A DNA stretch of 46,920 nucleotides from Methanobacteriota archaeon (lineage in GTDB: Archaea; Thermoplasmatota; Poseidoniia; Poseidoniales; Poseidoniaceae). The DNA is taken from the NCBI GenBank assembly GCA_009937205.1, contig JAACCR010000065.1, positions 1 through 46,920 on the forward strand, written 5' to 3'. Below are positions 9,095 through 17,266 of this stretch, piece after piece (position 1 is the stretch's first letter; every line of letters starts with the position of its first letter). The position numbers and the translations under genes are program-made. The notes beneath the pieces are model-generated. The model was not told the origin of the DNA. It was given only the letters and a program-made list of their open reading frames with translations, and searched no databases.

Positions 9095-10003
9095 ATGCGT
9101 CAAATTGCAGTGTATGCCATAGGCGGCAATGCCCTCTCTTCTCCTTCAGGAGATGATGTGCAACAAACTTCACATGTTCTTGCTAGAGTGATGAGTGATG
9201 TTGTTGATCTGCTGGAAGGTGGATGGGGCGTTATTCTCACTCATGGAAATGGCCCGCAGGTAGGTCATTTGCTAGCAATGGATGTTGACCAAAGCCAGGA
9301 CATGGATAGTTGGGTTGCAGCGACACAGGGTATGATTGGGCATTCGTTATCCATTAATCTTGATTCTATTTTACTGAGACGCAGAAGACCTGAGAGGACA
9401 GCAGTTGTTTTGACGAGAGTTGAAGTTAATGAGGCGGACAATGGATTTCAGTATCCAACAAAACCAGTAGGTCCAGTTCTATCAAATGATGTTGTTATGA
9501 CTGCTGACTGGGATATTGCTGAGACAGTTATCGGCCCGAGGAGAGTTGTTGCCAGTCCACTTCCGATGCGGGTTTTAGACCTACAAGTTATTCAGAAATT
9601 AGTTGAACTAAAGGCTGTTGTTATTTGTGGTGGAGGTGGAGGTATTCCAGTAGTCAAAAAGAAAAACCACTTTGTTGGTGTGCCAGCAGTTATTGACAAA
9701 GATCGCCTTTCATCATTGTTGGCAATAGAATTACAGGCAGATGCACTTATTATTTCAACAGCCATCGATTGTGTCAAAACTGGATTCGGTAGCGAATCAG
9801 AGACTAGTCATACTCACCTGACAATAGACCAGTGTGAGCAATTCCTTGCTGAAGGAGAATTCCCTGCCGGTTCTATGGGGCCAAAGATTGGAAGCTTGAT
9901 GGAAGCATCACTGCATAACCCCAAATGCAAAGCGGTATTGTGTCAGCCAGGTGATGCATTGAAGGCATTGCGTGGTGAAGCAGGTACTACTATTCATCAA
10001 TAA
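9095..10003 (+). CDS. arcC: Carbamate kinase
   Basis: 302 aa. AIGGNAL and THGNGPQVG motifs, and a CGGGGGIPV glycine loop. Confidence 0.85.
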   Translation: MRQIAVYAIGGNALSSPSGDDVQQTSHVLARVMSDVVDLLEGGWGVILTHGNGPQVGHLLAMDVDQSQDMDSWVAATQGMIGHSLSINLDSILLRRRRPERTAVVLTRVEVNEADNGFQYPTKPVGPVLSNDVVMTADWDIAETVIGPRRVVASPLPMRVLDLQVIQKLVELKAVVICGGGGGIPVVKKKNHFVGVPAVIDKDRLSSLLAIELQADALIISTAIDCVKTGFGSESETSHTHLTIDQCEQFLAEGEFPAGSMGPKIGSLMEASLHNPKCKAVLCQPGDALKALRGEAGTTIHQ

Positions 10004-10078
10004 AGCGCTAGATTACTTCTAAAATTGCAAAACTTTGCAAGCGTATCTTCATTAAGCGCATTCGTTTTAGCCAATTTG

Positions 10079-10528
10079 ATGACTACCGAGTTACCAACGA
10101 TCGAAGCCGAAGCACACTGTGATGGACCATGTGGTGTATATGACCCTGCAAGTGCAAGAATTGCCGCTGAAGCAGTCCAATCAATGACAAATAAGATGCT
10201 TACTCTAGAGTGCCCAGAAACCTCTGACGCACCAGCAATGGCAGCCTATCTTAACACAATGAGTAGATATGCAGCAATCAAGGAAGAAGAAGGTCACAAG
10301 TGCAAATCAGAATTACTTGTATTATGGACAGATTTCTTCAAACCGATTCATCTAGAAGCAAACCCAACTTTACATGATACCTTTTGGAAGGCAGCAAAAC
10401 TATGTTCTGCTTGTAAGGTTGAAGTCTCCGCAGTCCACGCTCAAGAACTAATGGATGCAATCGAAGCAATTCATAATATGTTCTGGGCAGTAAAGGGAAG
10501 AGAAGTCGCTTGGGTTCGTGCATCTTGA
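10079..10528 (+). CDS. sodN: Nickel superoxide dismutase precursor
   Basis: A short leader MTTELPTIEAEA is followed by the Ni-hook HCDGPCGVYDPA (consensus HCxxPCGxY). The ORF track begins at TTG 10025; ATG 10079 gives a leader of typical length. Confidence 0.85.
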   Translation: MTTELPTIEAEAHCDGPCGVYDPASARIAAEAVQSMTNKMLTLECPETSDAPAMAAYLNTMSRYAAIKEEEGHKCKSELLVLWTDFFKPIHLEANPTLHDTFWKAAKLCSACKVEVSAVHAQELMDAIEAIHNMFWAVKGREVAWVRAS

Positions 10529-10547
10529 ACCAAAACGAGGGCTAATA

Positions 10548-10838
10548 ATGTCAGATTTCCACGTAATAATTCGTGGTGATTCAATGTGGCCAACATACTG
10601 TGATGGTGACAAAATAATCGCTAGTAAGGTAAGTAAGAATGTTCTTACTGAGGGTGATATTATCGTTTCAAAGCATCCACTAAAGTCAGATGTTGTTATT
10701 GTCAAAAGGATTAAACAAATACTTGAAGATGAAAAATTATTTCTTCAAGGAGATAATCCCGATCCATTAGCAAGTGAAGATTCGCATAACTTTGGACCAG
10801 TTAATGTAAACTTGGTGATTGGAATAATCAACAATTGA
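10548..10838 (+). CDS. sodX: S26-family signal-peptidase-like Ni-SOD maturation protease
   Basis: RGDSMWPT (Ser nucleophile), VKRI (Lys base) and GDNPDPLASEDSHNFGPV. It lies 20 nt downstream of sodN on the same strand. The ORF track starts at 10518; the ATG is at 10548. Confidence 0.75.
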   Translation: MSDFHVIIRGDSMWPTYCDGDKIIASKVSKNVLTEGDIIVSKHPLKSDVVIVKRIKQILEDEKLFLQGDNPDPLASEDSHNFGPVNVNLVIGIINN

Positions 10839-10869
10839 TGATACTACAATGGTTTGTTGGTCTGTAAGG

Positions 10870-10943
10870 CGGGCCTGACGGGGTTCGAACCCGCGACCGA
10901 TGGATTAAGAGTCCATCGCTCTACCTGACTAAGCTACAGGCCC
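10870..10943 (-). tRNA. tRNA-Lys (anticodon CUU)
   Basis: The reverse complement folds as GGGCCTG-TA-GCTT..GAGC-G-ATGGA-CTCTTAA-TCCAT-CGGTC-GCGGG-TTCGAAC-CCCGT-CAGGCCC-G. Confidence 0.9.
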
Positions 10944-11012
10944 ATGCCGCCCTCTTGCAACCCGCATTTAACCATTGACGGTGTAATTTGTTTGTTGGAG
11001 TTAGGTGTTGAA

Positions 11013-11744
11013 TCAAGCTAGTCTTCCAACTTGATTGACATGAGTTTCCACACCATTTTCCCCAGCCAAAACTACAGCATCACACATGTTATTGAATAAT
11101 CCAACTTGAACTACTCCCGCTATGTTCAAGATATCTGTTTCCATCTTTTCAGGATTGGTAATAGTTGGACCACAATGTGCATCAGCGATTAGATTGCCGT
11201 TATCCGTTACAACAGCGTTATCTCCTGCCATTCTACAATTGACTCTACAATCGAGTAGTCTTCCGAGTGCCCTAATTGTAGCGCTACTGGAAAAAGGAGT
11301 TATTTCAATAGGGAGAGGAAATGCTCCAAGAACATCAACTCTCTTTCTATCATCTGCAACTACGACCATTGCAGAAGATTCTTGGACCACTATTTTTTCA
11401 CGTAATAATGCTGCTCCACCACCCTTGATAAGTTGGAATTTTGGGTCATACTCATCAGCACCGTCAATAACGATATCCAATCCATCAATGCTAGATAATT
11501 TAACGAGCGGTATTCCAACTTCTATTGCCAACTTCTCAGTTGCGAGTGATGTCGGAACACCAACGATTTCCAAACCTTCTTCAGCGATCATACGTCCTAA
11601 TTCTATTACTGTATGTTTTACTGTTGAACCTGTGCCAAGACCTACTTTCATACCAGTCTTTACGAATGCGCATGCCGCTATCCCCGCCTCTTTCTTTAGT
11701 TGCTCAACATCTGCCATAAGTAGAGGGTGTTGAATATAGTTCAT
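11013..11744 (-). CDS. rpiA: Ribose-5-phosphate isomerase A
   Basis: GLGTGSTV, IDGADE and KGGGAALLREKIV motifs; 243 aa. Confidence 0.9.
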   Translation of the reverse strand: MNYIQHPLLMADVEQLKKEAGIAACAFVKTGMKVGLGTGSTVKHTVIELGRMIAEEGLEIVGVPTSLATEKLAIEVGIPLVKLSSIDGLDIVIDGADEYDPKFQLIKGGGAALLREKIVVQESSAMVVVADDRKRVDVLGAFPLPIEITPFSSSATIRALGRLLDCRVNCRMAGDNAVVTDNGNLIADAHCGPTITNPEKMETDILNIAGVVQVGLFNNMCDAVVLAGENGVETHVNQVGRLA

Positions 11745-11820
11745 GATGCTTTTCGCATAGTTTGCAAAATTTCATCATTGAGAAATGTCAAAAGTCTTTT
11801 CAGTCTAGTATTGATGTATA

Positions 11821-14800
11821 GTGATTATGGGAGCAGATGCCGGTTGTAGATCTGTGGCGTTTGCCCTCGTTTTCGTGTTCTTAATTTCTACCTTTGCGGG
11901 GCTAATTTCTAATCAAGATGACAATGGTTTAGATTTACAAACTACCAAGTCTGCATCTACTCCGATTGGTCAAAGTAGTTTGTTGACAGTCGGTTCATTC
12001 CCGGATGGATCTAACCAGAAGGTCAGTATTTCAGTTCCAGATGGAGAGGCGATTCAATCACTTGATCTAAATATTGAAGCCGCAACATTACCCACTTCAA
12101 ACTCCTTTTCATGGGATGATTCAGCAGATTACTCAACAGATACAGTATATGGCGGCATGGATGTAAATGGTACATCATTGACTATTTTACCGCAAGGGTG
12201 GAGCTATGACTTTGAAGGGGTTAACCCGTTTACATTTACTGGTTCAAACATCTGGTTATATGGTTCAGATACGACCCTTGGGGCAGGTGGCGTCAGTAGT
12301 GGTGCGAGTGCAATCTACACCTACAATGGGAACTACCCAACCTACATGGGAGGGCCGTACTGGGCCACATCTCCAGTAATGAATTGCAGCGGTTGTTCAG
12401 GGTCCTGGAATCTCAAATTTGATAAGAGGCTTGGCGTTGAAAGTTCTTACTATGACCATGCATATGTGTCTGTGAAAAGTTCGTCCGGGTCTTGGGTCAA
12501 TGTCTGGTCCAATCCACAAAGTACCACCAACGATGGTTCCTACGTCCAACAAACGATCAGCATCACAAATTATATTCAGAATAATCCGAGTTTCCAAGTT
12601 CGTTTCGGTTTGGGGTCCTCTGATGGTTCAGTCCAATATACAGGATGGAATGTAGATGATGTAGAAATCGAACCAGTGGGGGGCACTTCTGCTGGAGAAG
12701 GTAATTGGACATCACAACCCATCAGCCCTCTTTCTTTAGGAATGGGAGAAGATAGGGCATTTGGAATGATGTATATGGATGCAATCGTACCTCCTGGGTC
12801 ATTATTTGAATGGAGTTTGATGGATGCTTCAACTGGCCTATTGATTCCTCAATATTCACACTTTGAAACTACTAGCATGGATTTCGGAATGATAGATTGG
12901 CAAAAGTATCCTTCTGTTAGAATGAAAATTCATATGGGAACAGGCCAAGGTGCTAGTGCTCCTATCATTAACGGGATTTATTTTGATGGCAAGATAATTG
13001 AAGATTTCATAGATGACCCGAACAGAATCGGTTGGCAATTACAAGGCGGAACTTGGTCAAATGGAGTCATTAGCGGAACTTCAGATGTTTTGTCTCCAAT
13101 CTATAGAATGAGGTCTGGTTTCGGTGCTATCTCTAGTAATTCCGTTATGAATAGCGGTTGTACCTTACAGTACAAGATCGGTAATGAACCATTATGGGTA
13201 ACATTAGCCAGCGATACTATTGAATCTTTAACTTCGCCAGAATTCATGGTCCAATTCAAATTCACCTCAAGCGGCACTTGTAATATTGATGTTTTTAATG
13301 TAGAATTAATTCATACATCAGTTGCAGATGGACTTCGAATTGATGTGGGATTAGATGGTATTTCCGATTGGTCTGTGAACAACCCAGGAGATGGCCGTTT
13401 CGGTATACAAGATGAACATAGATTTGGTTCTGGTTGGAAGAGTTCTAATTCAATTCCAACAGCAGCATCATACTTTGAATTATTGTTGCCAGCAAGCGGA
13501 GTAAGTGATTTTTCATTTGCTTTAGCAAGCGATGTCGAAATGAAAAGCCCATATGTGACATTTTCAGTAGAAGGAACCTCTATCATCAATAAACCATTAA
13601 CCAACTTACTGATGTGCGAACAAATCACCTTAACATCTGGTGAATTAACTTCTCTAAATAACGCACTAGGTGGAACAAATACCTTTTCAAAGAAAGTTGT
13701 CACAATTAGAGTCGGGTCTTCGGAAACTCCAGCTGAAGTTATGATGGGTGGAATATTTGCTCCATGGGATGCAGATTTAGATCTGACATTTTCTGCGACA
13801 AGTCCTTTGATTTTAGCACTGAATACTGAATTGAGTTCTATTGTTCCTATTGCGGGCGTAAAGGAAGTAAAATTACCTGTGCGGATGAGTAGTACAGGAG
13901 CGGTTAGATTAACAGTTGAAGGAATTACTTCGCAATCATCCGTTACTCCTGTTTCAATATCAGTCAGTAATGTAGAGGATACTTTTACTCCAAGTGTAGA
14001 TTGGTATGAAGTTGAAAGTGTCTTTGATTTCTCTAACTTAAATGTACCTAATGCACTTTCCCATGCTAAATCTAATGGATGGATGGTAGAGATGAAATTA
14101 AGTGGGCAAAATCAATCTTCTTCAATTAGATGCCCGGTGATCTCATTGAATATGACAGGTTCCAGCATTACAGGATGTACACTATCCAGTGTCAATTTAT
14201 TGTGGACTCATTCTGGAGCAGATGGCCGAATTTCTGTAATCGATGGCGGTCAATATATCCAAGTAGAGTATCAATTCAAGTTCCCAGAATCTTGGGATGA
14301 TGAATCTTCACTATCATTATCTGTATTTTTAATTGCACCATCAGGCCCAATGATTCCAGTAAACAAGGACTTTGGTCTTGGTGATTCAGCAGGAGTTGAA
14401 AACGATGTGACACTAAAATCGTGGTCAGTTGTTTCTTCAAATGGAGTACATTCAACTGAATCTTCACCATACCTCAATCCAGGTCAGGAAGTAATTATTG
14501 AAGCTGTATTGGGCTTTGAAGATGTTTGGATGAGCCCATCACCCCGTCCTGGGCAAACCTTGGTTAGATTACTTGAAGATGGGGCGGAAGTAAGTACTTC
14601 TTCCATGATCTTAGATGGAATTGTTTCATTACCATATTTTGTACCAATCGGTAAAAGCTCAGTGGATTTAGAACTTGTTCTTGAACCTCTGAAAGGGCAA
14701 GGGGTTGGATATGAAACCGATAATAACTTGACATTTGAATTTGATACAGTCGCACCATTAATGATCTCTATGGATGTTGAACAATTCGATCATCGTGATA

Positions 14801-16890
14801 TATCTCCAAGAAATGAATTCAATTTCCAAATAGCCGATAGACCAGTATTACCAAGTCATGCAAAGGCGCATATGTGGAGATCTTGGCTAGACGATACCAA
14901 CATGGATGGTTTAATGGATGAAAGCGAGGTAGTCGTTAAGGACTTGATTCTACCGATGCATTTGACACATCTTCAAGCAGATTATACATTGGAGATGAAC
15001 ACTTCTCTTGCACTCGACGGCTCGTATTTCTCTGCATGGTTGGAGATTGCTGACCCTGCTGGAAACATGCTGGCTAATTCAGGTTCGTATCAAGAACCAT
15101 TATTCAATGTGCAGTTGCGAAGTGATGGTGCTCCAAGTTTGGGTTCAAATGTAAATGATTGGGGATTGGGTGAAAATGTATGGATGCATCCTGGAGAGTC
15201 AAACATTGTAGAAGTTTCAATATGGGACAGCAATGGTATAAGTGATATTTCTGAAATCAATTTAGCACTATCTGGTAATACCTTTGATAGAGTTGATATT
15301 GTTTGGTTTGGTTCTAACCAAACTTGTTATTCAGCAGAAATTTATCTCAATATAGAATCATGTGATTTAATTCCACTGGATTCCACTAACGTGTTTTCTC
15401 CAGAGGGATTGTTCACTGTCAACTTCTCTTTGGAGTGGGGATTCAATCCGGATGTAAGTCAGTTGAGGAGACCCCACCTCATGGTTCGTGATTATCAAGG
15501 TCAGTCAAATAATTTTGATTTATCTAGTTTAGATTGGAAGTTTTCAGGTGAATTAATTGTTGAAAGAGACGAATTAGCGCTATCGACTGGTGGTGAAGTA
15601 ATCGAAGGTTTAGCTGAATGGATAACTCCAAGAACCGATATTGGCATTTCAGGTGGAATCGACTGGTATCGTAGCGGTAGAGATGTGATACAGCCACTTG
15701 ATTTGATGTTTTCACTGTCAGATAGTGATGTTGAAATTGAATATGTCGATGGTGAATTCTCTGGAACCATAATCTCACCTTTAGAGCCTGGGACATATGC
15801 ATTAACTGGTACAATATTTGATCCACCTAATGGTGCCATTGACAAGGGCCCACAGACTCCTTTTGGCTGGTTTATTATCGATGAGGTATCTCCTAAAATT
15901 ATCAGTGTTAATAGTCCAGTCTATAATAGCGTGATAAATGAAAAGGATTGGGATGATATCTCCTTTGAAATCATTATTTCTGAAGATGAGCAACTAAATG
16001 CACAATCACTTATTCTTAATTGGGCAGTATATCCTGCAGGCCTTGGACTTAATGTTAACGCCGTTGTCAATGGAACTAGTCCACTAAACATTCTAGGCGG
16101 TAAATTGGTTGGAGAATCAATACCTTGCAAGGCACAATTAGATCTAGGAGCAGAATTGAGTCAAGAATTACGGGCACAAAATTTAGAATTGCGAATTTGG
16201 GTGACAGGGGAAGATAAGGCGGGACATCAAATCTCAAAGACATTCAATGATATTGATGCTCCACTATCGGTTTGGATTATTGAGCAAAGAGTTGCAAATT
16301 ATGTATTCTCTACTCCACAAATGTCTCCTAGCAAGGAATTACATGCCAATGAACAAGTAGATTTAGCGGTCTTGATAAGTAATGATGGTAAAGCAGAAGG
16401 TAGTGCTCAATTGGTACTGGAATTAGTTGAGAGTAATGGGGCAAGAACTCGTTTAGATGCTAGAGAAATAACACTCGAAGCAGGTGGAAACATCGCTTAT
16501 ACTCATTCTTGGACTCCAGACCGTGTGGGGACAATGTGGATTGAATTCCATATTATCAATGGGCCAAGTACACAAACAGCAAGTGTCCACGTTGATGCAG
16601 CGAAATCAGAAGGTGCTTTTGCTAGTGTTAGTGAAATCAATCCGATTTTATTGATAATAATCATATTGTTATCAGTATCACTAGTTGGCTTGATCGCATA
16701 CGGTTTGAAAGGTAATGACAATTCAGAACGTAAGTTCAATCCTTCGAAGCAAAATCGCGCAACAGATTCACTACCGAGCCTAGAAGAGTTTGCTAAAACG
16801 AAGAAGCAAAATGAAGAAGAAGTCACTGCTCAAGAAGATTATTCTGGTATGCATGATGGTAGTTCACCTGGTGAAAATCCGTACGATTAA
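11821..16890 (+). CDS. Giant (1689 aa) membrane-anchored surface protein, adhesin-like
   Basis: N-terminal signal anchor VAFALVFVFLISTFAGLI. A beta-sandwich module YDHAYVSVKSSSGSW...YTGWNVDDVEIEP. A membrane-proximal CARDB-like module (...VDLAVLISNDGKAEGSAQLVLELV...HSWTPDRVGTMWIEF), then TM ILLIIIILLSVSLVGLIAYGL and a charged tail of about 60 aa. Many N-x-S/T sequons. Confidence 0.8.
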   Translation: MIMGADAGCRSVAFALVFVFLISTFAGLISNQDDNGLDLQTTKSASTPIGQSSLLTVGSFPDGSNQKVSISVPDGEAIQSLDLNIEAATLPTSNSFSWDDSADYSTDTVYGGMDVNGTSLTILPQGWSYDFEGVNPFTFTGSNIWLYGSDTTLGAGGVSSGASAIYTYNGNYPTYMGGPYWATSPVMNCSGCSGSWNLKFDKRLGVESSYYDHAYVSVKSSSGSWVNVWSNPQSTTNDGSYVQQTISITNYIQNNPSFQVRFGLGSSDGSVQYTGWNVDDVEIEPVGGTSAGEGNWTSQPISPLSLGMGEDRAFGMMYMDAIVPPGSLFEWSLMDASTGLLIPQYSHFETTSMDFGMIDWQKYPSVRMKIHMGTGQGASAPIINGIYFDGKIIEDFIDDPNRIGWQLQGGTWSNGVISGTSDVLSPIYRMRSGFGAISSNSVMNSGCTLQYKIGNEPLWVTLASDTIESLTSPEFMVQFKFTSSGTCNIDVFNVELIHTSVADGLRIDVGLDGISDWSVNNPGDGRFGIQDEHRFGSGWKSSNSIPTAASYFELLLPASGVSDFSFALASDVEMKSPYVTFSVEGTSIINKPLTNLLMCEQITLTSGELTSLNNALGGTNTFSKKVVTIRVGSSETPAEVMMGGIFAPWDADLDLTFSATSPLILALNTELSSIVPIAGVKEVKLPVRMSSTGAVRLTVEGITSQSSVTPVSISVSNVEDTFTPSVDWYEVESVFDFSNLNVPNALSHAKSNGWMVEMKLSGQNQSSSIRCPVISLNMTGSSITGCTLSSVNLLWTHSGADGRISVIDGGQYIQVEYQFKFPESWDDESSLSLSVFLIAPSGPMIPVNKDFGLGDSAGVENDVTLKSWSVVSSNGVHSTESSPYLNPGQEVIIEAVLGFEDVWMSPSPRPGQTLVRLLEDGAEVSTSSMILDGIVSLPYFVPIGKSSVDLELVLEPLKGQGVGYETDNNLTFEFDTVAPLMISMDVEQFDHRDISPRNEFNFQIADRPVLPSHAKAHMWRSWLDDTNMDGLMDESEVVVKDLILPMHLTHLQADYTLEMNTSLALDGSYFSAWLEIADPAGNMLANSGSYQEPLFNVQLRSDGAPSLGSNVNDWGLGENVWMHPGESNIVEVSIWDSNGISDISEINLALSGNTFDRVDIVWFGSNQTCYSAEIYLNIESCDLIPLDSTNVFSPEGLFTVNFSLEWGFNPDVSQLRRPHLMVRDYQGQSNNFDLSSLDWKFSGELIVERDELALSTGGEVIEGLAEWITPRTDIGISGGIDWYRSGRDVIQPLDLMFSLSDSDVEIEYVDGEFSGTIISPLEPGTYALTGTIFDPPNGAIDKGPQTPFGWFIIDEVSPKIISVNSPVYNSVINEKDWDDISFEIIISEDEQLNAQSLILNWAVYPAGLGLNVNAVVNGTSPLNILGGKLVGESIPCKAQLDLGAELSQELRAQNLELRIWVTGEDKAGHQISKTFNDIDAPLSVWIIEQRVANYVFSTPQMSPSKELHANEQVDLAVLISNDGKAEGSAQLVLELVESNGARTRLDAREITLEAGGNIAYTHSWTPDRVGTMWIEFHIINGPSTQTASVHVDAAKSEGAFASVSEINPILLIIIILLSVSLVGLIAYGLKGNDNSERKFNPSKQNRATDSLPSLEEFAKTKKQNEEEVTAQEDYSGMHDGSSPGENPYD

Positions 16891-16962
16891 GTCCATTTTC
16901 ACAGCAATTTTTCACTTTGGGATTTGCGAGAAGTTGAAATGAGTGATGCAGAAGCATTGCTT

Positions 16963-17265
16963 GGAGGGAGAAGGAGGACCGCTGACAGAGTTAGACTCTG
17001 AGGAAAGTCCCCTCTCCAAAGTGCAAGTGGTTCGCAGAAGTGAAAAAACAGAGATGTTTAGGTTAATGCTGCAGAAACGAACGATACAGGGTGTGTACAA
17101 TGATGTTGAAAGACGGAGATTGCCTTGTTGTCGATGAGACGAACAACCCCACTGGAGCAAGTCCAAACCGCTACGATAGAGCTGCACGCTCTGTAGCAGG
17201 TAGGACGCTTAGTTGAATGTGGTCGCCGAAAGGTAACAGAAAGGGGCTTACTCCCTTCTCCCTCC
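16963..17265 (+). ncRNA. rnpB: RNase P RNA (archaeal type A-like)
   Basis: P1 helix GGAGGGAGAAGGAG (16963-) pairs with CTCCCTTCTCCCTCC (-17265). The universal CR-I GAGGAAAGTCC and the CR-V-like ACAGAAAGGGGCTTAC are present. Length about 300 nt. The two track ORFs here (16912..17187 minus, 16943..17137 plus) are judged spurious. Confidence 0.85.
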
Positions 17266-17266
17266 C

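Noticed and set aside
11122-11733. A 203-aa plus-strand ORF running antisense across almost all of rpiA, strikingly long for an AT-rich genome.
   Set aside because: In this frame offset, an antisense stop requires sense NNY-TAN or NNT-CAN dicodons (Tyr, His or Gln after a pyrimidine-ending codon), and RpiA is poor in Tyr, His and Gln. The translated product is Ser/Thr/Pro/Ala-rich low complexity with no motif. It is a by-product of rpiA composition.
16912-17187. Track ORFs 16912..17187 (minus) and 16943..17137 (plus) in the gap after the 1689-aa gene.
   Set aside because: They overlap each other, and the RNase P RNA (P1 helix, CR-I GAGGAAAGTCC, CR-V-like motif) explains the locus better.
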